Positions 9,296 to 17,676 of a DNA stretch of 64,000 nt are shown here, piece after piece. How positions within the stretch are numbered: position 1 is the first letter of the stretch; every line of letters begins with the position of its first letter. A model generated the notes under the pieces. The model did no database searches, had not been told where the DNA came from, and saw only the letters and a program-made list of their open reading frames with translations. The position numbers were made by a program, and so were the translations under genes. The DNA is from Thermoanaerobaculia bacterium (GTDB taxonomy: Bacteria > Acidobacteriota > Thermoanaerobaculia > Gp7-AA8): contig JADGNY010000011.1 in NCBI GenBank assembly GCA_017883235.1, forward strand, positions 20-64,019, written 5' to 3'.

Positions 9296-9853
9296 ATGCC
9301 TCAGGAAATCGAAGTCAAATTCGCCCTCAAAGACCGCGCCGATCTCGTGCGGAAGCTGCACGACATCGGCGGGCAGCGGCTCTATCCCGAGACCTTCGAG
9401 GACAACATCGTCCTCGACCGCCGCGGCGAGCTGCGGACCAAAGGCTCCCTGCTGCGCGTCCGCAAGTTCGGCAAGTACTCGATCGCCACCTACAAAGGGC
9501 CGATGTCGATCGAGGGAGGGGTGAAGTCGCGCGAGGAAGTGCAGACCGGCGTCGAGAGTTTCGAGCTCGCCATCCAGCTTTTCGACGCCCTCGGATACAA
9601 GCCGGTCTTCCGCTATCAGAAGTTCCGCGAGGTCTGGCGCATCAAAGAGGTCGAAGTGGTCCTCGACCGCACCCCGATCGGCGACTACTTCGAGATCGAA
9701 GGCCCGATCGACGTCATCCGCACCATCGCCGCCGAGCTGGGGATGACGATGGACCAGGCCATCCGGCAGACATACTCGGATCTGTACCGGCTGGCTCGCC
9801 GGACGCGGCCGGATCTTGGGGAGAACATGATCTTTCCGCCGGAGGCGCTTTGA
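9296..9853 (+). CDS. CYTH-domain protein (CyaB/ThTPase-like triphosphate tunnel enzyme)
   Basis: N-terminal EIEVKF (ExExK signature). The ~180-aa size and alternating-strand pattern are typical of CYTH. A TTG at 9290 is an alternative start. Confidence 0.8.
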   Translation: MPQEIEVKFALKDRADLVRKLHDIGGQRLYPETFEDNIVLDRRGELRTKGSLLRVRKFGKYSIATYKGPMSIEGGVKSREEVQTGVESFELAIQLFDALGYKPVFRYQKFREVWRIKEVEVVLDRTPIGDYFEIEGPIDVIRTIAAELGMTMDQAIRQTYSDLYRLARRTRPDLGENMIFPPEAL

Positions 9854-9936
9854 AGGCAGAAGGCAGAAGGCAGAAGGCAGAAGGATGATGCGTTTCCTTC
9901 AGCCTTCTGCCTTCTGCTTTCAGCCTTCTGCCTTCT
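9851..9936. repeat. Second (CAGAAGG)n heptamer hairpin
   Basis: TGAAGGCAGAAGGCAGAAGGCAGAAGGCAGAAGG ATGATGCGTTT CCTTCAGCCTTCTGCCTTCTGCTTTCAGCCTTCTGCCTTCT. It starts on the CYTH stop codon and ends 1 nt before the ATG at 9938. Confidence 0.85.
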
Positions 9937-9937
9937 C

Positions 9938-10948
9938 ATGAGGGCCATGATCCTCGCCGCCGGCTACGGCACGCGTCTCCGGCCGGTGACGTACACACTG
10001 CCGAAGCCGGTCGTGCCGTTGTGCGGACAGCCGCTCGTGGCCTGGGTGATCGAATCGTTGCTTGACTTCGGCATCCGCGATTTCATCGTCAACCTGCACC
10101 ATCTTCCGGAGCCGATTGAGCGGCTTCTTCGGGCCCGGTTTGCGGACGCGCGGTTCGCGTTTTCATACGAACTGGAGATTCTCGGGACGGGCGGCGGCGT
10201 ACGAAAGGTGCGCAGTCTTCTAAAACGGGATCCCGAGTTTTTCCTCGTCAACGGTGACACGATCCAGTTCCCGCCATACGACGCCTTGCGCGCAAGGCGG
10301 AACGAAGCGCTGGCCGTGTTGACGTTGCGCCATCCACCGCCGGGCGATCGCTTCACCCCGGTCTACTTCGATGAGGACCGCGTTACCGGCTTCGGCAAAG
10401 GTACCGGAGAGGCGCTGATGTTCTCCGGCACACACCTGATCTCGAACCGCATCTTCGACTACCTTCCGGACAAAGACTTCTCCGGCATCGTCGACGAGGT
10501 CTATCAGCCGCTCATCGACAGCGGCCGCGAGCGGATCGCGGGCGTCGTCGACGACGGTCTCTGGTTCGACATCGGAACGCCGCAACGCTACGTGGCCGCA
10601 TCGCGCACGCTGCTCGGCCTCACCGTACGTGGCCGGCTCGCGCCCGCGCGCGGCACGCACGTCGCGGGCGACTCGCTGTTCGATGACACGGCAGTCGTGA
10701 CCGGCGCCATGTCGCGCAGCATCGCCGGTGCTCGCAGCGTCATCGAGGGGACATTGGACGACAGCGTGGTCTGGGACGACTGCCGGATCGCCAAGGGCGT
10801 CGTCCTCGACTCCTGCGTCGTCGCGCACGGTGTGGAGATTGCCTCGCCGGTCGAGCTGCGTAACGTCCTGATCTGCCGCGATGATGCAGCCATCCCGCGC
10901 GAAGGAGAGCACCGCTTCGAGCACGGCCTCGTCCTTCTGGACATTTGA
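9938..10948 (+). CDS. Sugar-phosphate nucleotidyltransferase with C-terminal hexapeptide (LbH) domain
   Basis: MILAAGYGTRLRPVTYTLPKP nucleotide-binding loop. The C-terminal region has an isoleucine-patch-like periodicity. Confidence 0.85.
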   Translation: MRAMILAAGYGTRLRPVTYTLPKPVVPLCGQPLVAWVIESLLDFGIRDFIVNLHHLPEPIERLLRARFADARFAFSYELEILGTGGGVRKVRSLLKRDPEFFLVNGDTIQFPPYDALRARRNEALAVLTLRHPPPGDRFTPVYFDEDRVTGFGKGTGEALMFSGTHLISNRIFDYLPDKDFSGIVDEVYQPLIDSGRERIAGVVDDGLWFDIGTPQRYVAASRTLLGLTVRGRLAPARGTHVAGDSLFDDTAVVTGAMSRSIAGARSVIEGTLDDSVVWDDCRIAKGVVLDSCVVAHGVEIASPVELRNVLICRDDAAIPREGEHRFEHGLVLLDI

Positions 10949-10978
10949 CGTTCGATGGCCCTGTTCTAGACTCTGCTC

Positions 10979-13012
10979 ATGTCGATCCACACGCGCGTCG
11001 ACGCGCTCCTGACCCGGCTCGCCTCCCAGCAGCAATTCCCGACCCAGGGGCAGACGATCTTCGTCGACCTCGAGCGGCGGGAGGTGCGCCACGCCTGGAT
11101 TCCCCTTCGCGTGGTCAACGCTCTTCTCGGCGGGCGCGGCGTGAACATGTTTCTCCTGCACAACCTGCTCGATGAAACACTCGAGCCGATTCATCCTCAT
11201 GTCCCGCTCATCTTCGGCACCGGCATCCTGACGTCGATGGTCCCTTCGGCATCGCGCGGCAACGTCACCTCGTGGTCGCCGGAGTCGCGGGTGTTGATGG
11301 ATTCGAACGCCGGCGACTACTTCCCGTCGTTCATGAAGCTCAACGGGATCGATCACCTCGTCCTCTACGGGAAAGCTCCGGCCTGGACGCTGCTGCATTT
11401 CGAGGGGAATGAGCCTCGATTTGTCGATGCCGCGCCGTGGGTCGGGCTCGACAACCTCGATCTGCGCGCGAAGATCGCCGAAGACTTTCACGGAGTCGAA
11501 GGGAAGGACTACGGGCTGGCGGCCATCACCACGGCCGGCGAGAACCTCGTCCTCTGTTCCGGGATCATGGCCGGTCCGAAAGCGATCTACGCCCGCGGCG
11601 GCCCCGGCGCAAAGATGGGGGCGCTCAACCTCAAGGCGGTACTGATTCAGGGACGCCACGCCGACCTCACCACCGCCCGCCCCCACAAGCTCCGCAACCG
11701 GGATGTGGCGTTGAAGCTCCTCAATACCTCGGTGGTGAAGAATGCCCTGAAAAAACGCGGTACGCCGTTCCTCTACAAACCGTCGCGCATGCTCGGCGCG
11801 ATGGGGACGAAGAACAATCAGGAAACGACCTGGACCGACAAGCTCGACGCCGAGAATATCGACCCGTACCGCCCGGGCATGGAGGGCTGTTTCGCCTGCC
11901 CGGTCAACTGCCGGCCGTTGAATGACATGTCGGACGATCGGGTGTCGGGTGTCGGGGGTCGGGAGTCGGAGCTCACAGGTGCTGTACCTGGCTCTACGAC
12001 CCCCGACCCCCGACCCCCGACCCCCGTCCCCGACAAATACATCAAAGGCGACGGTCCCGAGTACGTGACCCTCGGCAAGTTCGGTCCGAACGTCGGCATC
12101 TCCGAGGTGACGCAGGTGCTGCGTCTGAACAACATCTGCAACGACCTCGGACTCGACACCGCCTCCTCCGGCTCGGCGATCTCCTGGGCCATGGAGCTTT
12201 ACCAGCGCGGCATCATCACCCGCGAGCAGACGGAGCTCGATCTGACCTGGGGCAACTACGACGCCATCGAGCAACTTCTCTTCATGACCGCGAAGCGCGA
12301 AGGCTTCGGCGACGTCATCGCCGATTCGTCGCAGGCCGTCGCGAACGGCAAGTATCCGGTCGAGTCGCTCGACTACCTGATGGCCGTGAAGGGTCTCACG
12401 CAGAGCGATCCGCACGATGCCCGCATCCTCAAAGCCTTCGCCCTCGGCCTGGCCGTCGCCACGCGTGGCATGGACCACCTTCGCAACCGTGTGACGCTGG
12501 AGATCAACGCCAAGATCAACGACTCCCCCGATTTCAAGGCCGAGCTATACGGCGGACAGGTCTCCGCGGAGCCGAACAGCTACGAGGGCAAGGAGATCGC
12601 CGTCCGCCGCTGCGAGAACATCTACGCCGTCGGCGACTCGGTCGGCATGTGCCGTTTCACCACGCAGCTCTTCAACTCCCCCTCGCTGCCGGGTTACGAG
12701 GAGTTCGCCGACCAGGTAGCCAACGTCACCGGCATCGAGCTGACGAAGCAGGCCATCGACGGCATCGGACTCAACGTGATGGGCGTCGAGCGTCTCATCA
12801 ACGCCAAACTCGGCGTCACCCGCGCCGACGACACGCTCCCCAAACGCTGGTTCGAGGAAGCGATCGGCGTCGGCCCCTACAAAGGCGAAAAAATCGACCG
12901 CGGCGAGTTCGACAAGATGCTCTCGCGCTTCTACGAGGTCTCGAATCTCACCGAAGAAGGAATGCCGAAGCCGGAATGGCGTGAGGAGCTGGAGACGGTG
13001 CTGACGGCGTAG
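10979..13012 (+). CDS. Aldehyde:ferredoxin oxidoreductase family (tungsto-/molybdopterin enzyme)
   Basis: 677 aa. AFOR N-terminal domain, Cys motif CFACPVNC, GPEYVTLGKFGPN, long alpha-helical C-terminal domain, and neighbouring MoaD-like and MoeA genes. Confidence 0.85.
   Translation: MSIHTRVDALLTRLASQQQFPTQGQTIFVDLERREVRHAWIPLRVVNALLGGRGVNMFLLHNLLDETLEPIHPHVPLIFGTGILTSMVPSASRGNVTSWSPESRVLMDSNAGDYFPSFMKLNGIDHLVLYGKAPAWTLLHFEGNEPRFVDAAPWVGLDNLDLRAKIAEDFHGVEGKDYGLAAITTAGENLVLCSGIMAGPKAIYARGGPGAKMGALNLKAVLIQGRHADLTTARPHKLRNRDVALKLLNTSVVKNALKKRGTPFLYKPSRMLGAMGTKNNQETTWTDKLDAENIDPYRPGMEGCFACPVNCRPLNDMSDDRVSGVGGRESELTGAVPGSTTPDPRPPTPVPDKYIKGDGPEYVTLGKFGPNVGISEVTQVLRLNNICNDLGLDTASSGSAISWAMELYQRGIITREQTELDLTWGNYDAIEQLLFMTAKREGFGDVIADSSQAVANGKYPVESLDYLMAVKGLTQSDPHDARILKAFALGLAVATRGMDHLRNRVTLEINAKINDSPDFKAELYGGQVSAEPNSYEGKEIAVRRCENIYAVGDSVGMCRFTTQLFNSPSLPGYEEFADQVANVTGIELTKQAIDGIGLNVMGVERLINAKLGVTRADDTLPKRWFEEAIGVGPYKGEKIDRGEFDKMLSRFYEVSNLTEEGMPKPEWREELETVLTA
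11939..12034. repeat. 96-nt heptamer hairpin (CGGGTGT/CGGGAGT arms vs CGACCCC arms) inserted in frame in the AOR gene
   Basis: CGGGTGTCGGGTGTCGGGGGTCGGGAGTCGGA - 26-nt loop - CGACCCCCGACCCCCGACCCCCGACCCCCGTCCCCGAC. It encodes RVSGVGGRESELTGAVPGSTTPDPRPPTPVPD between the Cys motif and GPEYVTL. Confidence 0.85.
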
Positions 13013-13023
13013 AATAGAAGGTC

Positions 13024-13425
13024 ATGTTCGTATTCATCAGTCACGGCGATGCCGATCGCGAATTCGCCGCGGAGATTGCCAACTCCCTCCGCGGCGCCGG
13101 TATCGATGCGTGGCTCGACGCCAGCGACGTTGAACCGGGAACGAATTGGCTCCGTTCGGGAGCGAGAGCTCTCGATCGGGCGGATACGATGATTCTCGTC
13201 CTCTCTGCCAAGACGAGCGGGTCCCCGGACTTGAAAAAAGCCTTCGAATTCGCGATGACCACGCCGCGCTTCGAGAACCGCGTCATCACGGTCGAGCGCC
13301 GGACTCCGTCGCAGACGCCGTTCCCATATCCATGGATCCTGCGAGATCTGCCATTCATCAAAGAGGCGCAGGACCCGCAGAGAACGGCGGAGAAAATTCT
13401 CAAGTTCCTGAAGACGGCCGCGTGA
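13024..13425 (+). CDS. Stand-alone TIR-domain protein 1
   Basis: 133 aa. VFISHGDADREFAAEIANSLRGAGIDAWLD..GTNW..TMILVLS matches the bacterial TIR_2 pattern. The usual SxW..E segment is degenerate (SPDLKKAFEFA). It starts 12 nt after the AOR stop. Confidence 0.75.
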   Translation: MFVFISHGDADREFAAEIANSLRGAGIDAWLDASDVEPGTNWLRSGARALDRADTMILVLSAKTSGSPDLKKAFEFAMTTPRFENRVITVERRTPSQTPFPYPWILRDLPFIKEAQDPQRTAEKILKFLKTAA

Positions 13426-13429
13426 GCTG

Positions 13430-13879
13430 ATGGGCTCTCGCAAACGAGCAGGCCGGACGCTTCCCGTCGAAGTCTTTCTCTCTCACTCCGCGAAAGACAG
13501 GCGCTTTCTGAAGCGGCTTGCAGCCGTTCTCCGTAGTCATGGACTGTCCGCCTGGTTCAGTGAGCATGGCGTCCTAGGAGCGGCACAATGGCATGACGAG
13601 ATCGGCGCTGCGCTTGCTCGATGCGACTGGATGATCGTCATCCTGTCGCCGGCGGCGATTGCCTCGCGTTGGGTGAAACGGGAAGTGACACACGCGATTG
13701 AAGAGCCTCGCTTCGACGGACGCATTATTCCTTTGCGCATCAGCGTTTGCGAGGCTAAGGATCTGAGTTGGGTGTTGCCACAGATCCAAACGATCGACTT
13801 CATCGGCCGCTTCGATGACGCCTGTCGAGAATTGTTCGCCATTTGGGGCATCCGCTATCGAAAGGAATCATCCTCATGA
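13430..13879 (+). CDS. Stand-alone TIR-domain protein 2
   Basis: 149 aa. VFLSHSAKDRRFLKRLAAVLRSHGLSAWFSE..AQWHDEI..WMIVILSPAAIASRWVKREV includes the W..E segment that holds the catalytic Glu in TIR NADases. It starts 4 nt after TIR-1. Confidence 0.8.
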   Translation: MGSRKRAGRTLPVEVFLSHSAKDRRFLKRLAAVLRSHGLSAWFSEHGVLGAAQWHDEIGAALARCDWMIVILSPAAIASRWVKREVTHAIEEPRFDGRIIPLRISVCEAKDLSWVLPQIQTIDFIGRFDDACRELFAIWGIRYRKESSS

Positions 13880-14103
13880 TCACCGTCCACCTCCCCGAGC
13901 CTCTGCGCGAAGGCCGAGATGCCATCATGACGATGGACGCAACCTCCCTCGGCGACATCATCGCCCGCCTCAATCTTGCGGAGGACCGCGACGAGTTGTT
14001 CAACTTCGCCGTCAACGGAGAGCTCGTGTTGCATGGCGAGAAAGACGTCACGCTGAAGAATGGCGACGAGGTTGAGATCGTCGTGGCCATCGCCGGCGGC
14101 TGA
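13876..14103 (+). CDS. MoaD/ThiS-family ubiquitin-like beta-grasp protein ending in GG
   Basis: 75 aa. The ATG overlaps the TIR-2 stop (ATGA). FAVNGELV..LKNGDEVEIVVAIAGG-stop is the classic MoaD/ThiS C-terminus. Confidence 0.75.
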   Translation: MITVHLPEPLREGRDAIMTMDATSLGDIIARLNLAEDRDELFNFAVNGELVLHGEKDVTLKNGDEVEIVVAIAGG

Positions 14104-14196
14104 TCAACAATGCAAGCTGCGCCGCATTGATGCGCCGCGGAGCGTGTCGCACCGCTTTTGGGGTGCGGCGGAACAATCTCCAGCTAAACTTCCCTC

Positions 14197-15441
14197 ATGC
14201 CTACCTTCCAACCCTCCCGCCCCGGCGAGCGGATGATCCCTGTCGAAGAGGCTCAGGAGCGAGTGCTGGCCGAGGTGCAACTGCTCGGTACCGAGCAGGT
14301 CGTCTTCACCGACGCCCTCGGGCGCGTGCTGCGCGAGGACGTGCGTGCACGCTTCGATGTGCCGCGCGGCGACAACACGGCGATGGATGGGTATGCCGTC
14401 CGGGCGGACGACATCGCCAATGCTCCTGTGTCGTTACGTGTCGTCGAGAACCTCCCCGCGGGGACGGTGTCCAAGAAGCGGGTTGAAGCGGGGACCGCGA
14501 TCCGCATCATGACCGGCGCGCTGATGCCGGACGGTGCGGACACCGTCGCGCACGTCGAGATCACCGACGCCGGGTCGGAGATCGTGACAGTCAACGAGTC
14601 CTTAAACCGGGGAACCAACATCCGCAGGCGCGGCGAAGACATGCACGCCGGCGACGTCGTTCTTGCGGATGGGACTCCGATTCATGCTGCCGAGGTCGGC
14701 GTGCTGGCCGGTGTGCAGAAACCGGTCGTCCGCGTTGGGCGGCGGCCGAGCGTGGCCATCCTTTCCACCGGCGACGAGATCATCGACGTCGGCGACGAGA
14801 TGGCGTACGGCAAGGTCGTCAACTCGAACTCCTACTCGCTCGCGGCGCTCATCCGTGAAGCGGGGGCGGTCCCGCGGATGGTCGGCATCGTGCCCGATAC
14901 CCCCGAGGCCACCATCGCGGCGATCGAATCAGGGCTCGAGTCCGATTACGTCATCTCCTCCGGCGGTGTCTCGGTCGGTGCCTACGATTTCGTCAAAGAG
15001 GCGCTCGATACCTTGGGCGCGGAGACGAGGTTCTGGCAGGTAGCGATGAAGCCCGGCAAACCGGTGGTCCTCTCGCGGATCCGCGGCCGGCTCTACTTCG
15101 GCCTGCCCGGAAACCCCGTTTCGTGCCTGGTCTCGTTCCTCCTTTTCATCGCACCGGCGATCCGGAAGGCGATGGGACAGACGACGAATCTTCTGCCGCC
15201 GATCGTGCAGACGCGCGTTCTAGCATCGCTGAAATCGCGTGGCGACCGCCGCAACTACATGCGCGTCCGTGTCATGGCGCGGGATGGCGAGCTCGTCTCG
15301 CAGCCGATGATTTCGCAAGGCTCCGGTGTCTCGACGTCGATGGTGCAGGCCAACGGCCTCATGATCGTCGAGGCCGGTGTCACGGCGATCGAGGCGGGGT
15401 CGATGGTGCCGACGGTGCTGGTGGGTCCAGTGCAGTCGTAA
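14197..15441 (+). CDS. moeA: Molybdopterin molybdenum/tungsten transferase
   Basis: GDNTAMDGYAV, ILSTGDEI, SGGVSVGAYDFVKEAL, MKPGKP. An alternative start lies at 14233. Confidence 0.9.
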   Translation: MPTFQPSRPGERMIPVEEAQERVLAEVQLLGTEQVVFTDALGRVLREDVRARFDVPRGDNTAMDGYAVRADDIANAPVSLRVVENLPAGTVSKKRVEAGTAIRIMTGALMPDGADTVAHVEITDAGSEIVTVNESLNRGTNIRRRGEDMHAGDVVLADGTPIHAAEVGVLAGVQKPVVRVGRRPSVAILSTGDEIIDVGDEMAYGKVVNSNSYSLAALIREAGAVPRMVGIVPDTPEATIAAIESGLESDYVISSGGVSVGAYDFVKEALDTLGAETRFWQVAMKPGKPVVLSRIRGRLYFGLPGNPVSCLVSFLLFIAPAIRKAMGQTTNLLPPIVQTRVLASLKSRGDRRNYMRVRVMARDGELVSQPMISQGSGVSTSMVQANGLMIVEAGVTAIEAGSMVPTVLVGPVQS

Positions 15442-15454
15442 GCATTTCGACGAC

Positions 15455-15580
15455 GGAGCGCTGGCGTCTCGCCGGCTGGCCCGGCGTGCGTCTCGCCGCC
15501 GGGTTACCAGCGAATGTTTGGAGTCTTGCCGGGTCGGGGGCGAGACGCCCCCGAGCCAGCCGGCGAGACGCCAGCGCTCC
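15455..15580. repeat. MITE-like element with 25-bp terminal inverted repeats GGAGCGCTGGCGTCTCGCCGGCTGG
   Basis: Perfect TIRs at 15455-15479 and 15556-15580, with inner GGGGGCGAGACGCCCCC. A second copy lies at 35361-35492. Confidence 0.8.
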
Positions 15581-15665
15581 GTTCAGCAACCCCGCCTTCA
15601 ACGAACCCGGCACCTCATTCGTAACCCTCCATCTGGCGTAAATCGCGCAGCAGGGGGCTAGCGAG

Positions 15666-16274
15666 GTGCGTTCCGTCGGTATTGTCTGTGGCTACGATCT
15701 CAACGACGACCTGCCCGGGTACGTGAGATCGGTAGCGCCGCTCATCGCCCGTGAGAATCTCGACTTCGTAATTCTGTCGGGCGGCCGCACGTCTCCGCGA
15801 TCGAATCATTCCGAGGCCTGGGTCATGGCGGGGCACCTGCGCGGTATCGTCCCGGCGCCGGCGTTCGTCCTCGAAGAGCACGCCATGACCACGCTGGAGA
15901 ACCTCATCTTTGCGCGCGGACTGGCAGAGCATCACGCCGGCGTCGTGGCGCGATTCGTCGTCTTCTGCGACCGGGTGCACCAGCGCAAGGTTGCCGCGCT
16001 CTCTCGCCTGATCCTCGGCGCGCGGACGAGCGTTCATTGCGTCGACCACGATGTCACCATGCGCGTTCGCCTTTTCGAGCCGGTCTCGCATGTCATCGAG
16101 GCCGCGGCCGCGCGCGCGCCATGGTTGCGCAAGTACCTTCGCGCCGCCGCCATCCGGTTCAAGGGCGTCCACGAAACGGTCCCGGCCTTGCCGAAGATCG
16201 CGCCGGACGGCAAGCCGCATTTTGGCCGCGATCCGAAAAAGGACGCGGAATCGGCTATCCTCGCGGCCGATTGA
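15666..16274 (+). CDS. DUF218/YdcF-like (ElyC family) protein
   Basis: GTG start. DFVILSGGRT..SEAWVMAGHL..EEHAMTTLENLIF pattern of DUF218. Confidence 0.6.
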   Translation: MRSVGIVCGYDLNDDLPGYVRSVAPLIARENLDFVILSGGRTSPRSNHSEAWVMAGHLRGIVPAPAFVLEEHAMTTLENLIFARGLAEHHAGVVARFVVFCDRVHQRKVAALSRLILGARTSVHCVDHDVTMRVRLFEPVSHVIEAAAARAPWLRKYLRAAAIRFKGVHETVPALPKIAPDGKPHFGRDPKKDAESAILAAD

Positions 16275-16450
16275 AACCCGCAACCGTCATCAAGCTCGCC
16301 ATCGCCGCCGTTCTGGCGCTGCTGTTCGGAGGCCTTGCTCTCCGGGCGGCGATGAGACTGGTCAGCACCGCCGTCCACTCGCTCTTTTTCGGCCTTCTGC
16401 TGCTGATCTTCGTGGTGTGGATTTACGCCACGAGGAAGCGCGAGCAGTAG
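16271..16450 (+). CDS. Small two-TM membrane protein (tentative)
   Basis: The TTG overlaps the previous stop (TTGA). Sequence is VIKLAIAAVLALLFGGLAL...LFFGLLLLIFVVWIYATRKREQ. Confidence 0.35.
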   Translation: MKPATVIKLAIAAVLALLFGGLALRAAMRLVSTAVHSLFFGLLLLIFVVWIYATRKREQ

Positions 16451-16459
16451 CGGCAATCG

Positions 16460-17293
16460 CTACGGCGTCGGCTGCGCGAAGCCGGTGATCACGTACGACC
16501 CGCTCTTCACGTCTTTCTTGATCTTGATGATGTCGTTCTTCTGCGCGTCCTCGAGCAGGTCGCTGAACGTGTTGTAGCCGTAGTACTCCTCGTTGAAGGT
16601 CGGCTTCTTGCGCTGCATGGTCTGCTTGACCATCGAGCCCCAGAGGATCTCTTTGTTCTCGCGCATCAGGGCCTTGATCGAGTCGATCAGGAGCTTGAAG
16701 ACCTCACCCTGCTTCTTGTCCTTGAAGGTCACGTTCGACGGCGCCTTCGTGCCGCGCACGAGGTCCTCGTAGAAGATGAACTCGTCGCAGTTGTCGATCA
16801 GCAGATCGCTCGACGAGTTCTTCACCCCGACGCCGATGACGTGCTTGTCGTTCTCTTTCAGTTTTGAGACCAGCGGGGAGAAATCGGAATCCCCCGAGGC
16901 CACCACGAAGATGTTGATGTGATCCTTCGACCAAGCCATGTCCATGGCATCGACGACCATGCGGATGTCAGCCGAGTTCTTCCCCGAGTAGACGCGGCCC
17001 GGGATCTCGATCAGCTCGATGGCGGCCTCGTGCAGCTCCCGCTTGTAGTCGGGGAACTTGTCCCAGTCGGAGTAGGCGCGTTTGACGACGATCTTCCCCT
17101 TCTCCAGCAGGCGCTCGAGGAGGAGGTTCACTTCGAATTTCTTGTACTTCGCGTCGGTCACGCCAATGGCGATGTTCTCGAAGTCGATGAAAAGTGCGAT
17201 TTTGCTTTCGTTCATGCTGCTTCTTGATGGCGGCGGTCCGACATTCGTGTCGTCCTCGGCCCCATCGTTGTCAAAGTTTGGCTTACGGCTCAT
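16460..17293 (-). CDS. NYN (LabA-like PIN-fold) nuclease domain protein with C-terminal OST-HTH/LOTUS domain
   Basis: IALFIDFENI, VVASGDSDFSPLVSKLKE, C-terminal GYNTFSDLLEDAQKNDIIKI. GC is lower than in the neighbours. Confidence 0.75.
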   Translation of the reverse strand: MSRKPNFDNDGAEDDTNVGPPPSRSSMNESKIALFIDFENIAIGVTDAKYKKFEVNLLLERLLEKGKIVVKRAYSDWDKFPDYKRELHEAAIELIEIPGRVYSGKNSADIRMVVDAMDMAWSKDHINIFVVASGDSDFSPLVSKLKENDKHVIGVGVKNSSSDLLIDNCDEFIFYEDLVRGTKAPSNVTFKDKKQGEVFKLLIDSIKALMRENKEILWGSMVKQTMQRKKPTFNEEYYGYNTFSDLLEDAQKNDIIKIKKDVKSGSYVITGFAQPTP

Positions 17294-17368
17294 CGGTGAT
17301 CAGCCCAGCAGCCTAACACCGAACGGGAACAGCAATTCCAATGCGGGGTCTCGCGGGGCGGCGACTCC

Positions 17369-17613
17369 CATCCTGACGTGGAGCGAAGCGACGCTGTCAG
17401 GATCTCCGGTCAGACCGCTCGGTAGTTGCCCATTGGCAGGGCCGGCGCGGACTCACCGGAGATCCTGACGGTGTCGCTTCGCTCCACGTCAGGATGAACT
17501 CACCAGCGACGCTGTCAGGATCTCCGGTCAGACCGCTCGGTAATTGCCCATCGGCAAGGTCTGCGCGGTCGCACCGGAGATCCTGACACTGTCGCTTCGC
17601 TCCACGTCAGGAT
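17369..17613. repeat. TCCTGACGTGGAGCG-family palindromic element cluster (copy A, 2 units)
   Basis: Units of ~120 nt: CATCCTGACGTGGAGCGAAGCGACGCTGTCAGGATCTCCGGT...ACCGGAGATCCTGAC.GTGTCGCTTCGCTCCACGTCAGGATG. Confidence 0.85.
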
Positions 17614-17676
17614 GAAGCCCCGCAAGCGCGCCCCCGCAACCCCGAGACCCCGCAACCCCATATACACTTCCCACCC

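Noticed and set aside
9938-10948. CYTH protein plus nucleotidyltransferase as a cyclic-nucleotide signalling (CBASS-like) pair.
   Set aside because: The transferase has the sugar-1-phosphate nucleotidyltransferase G-loop and an LbH domain, not a CD-NTase or Pol-beta fold. There is no effector gene.
13024-13879. Calling the TIR pair a Thoeris system.
   Set aside because: No ThsA-type effector (SIR2, Macro or SLOG-TM) is present nearby. Only ThsB-like TIR-only proteins are present, so the named system cannot be asserted.
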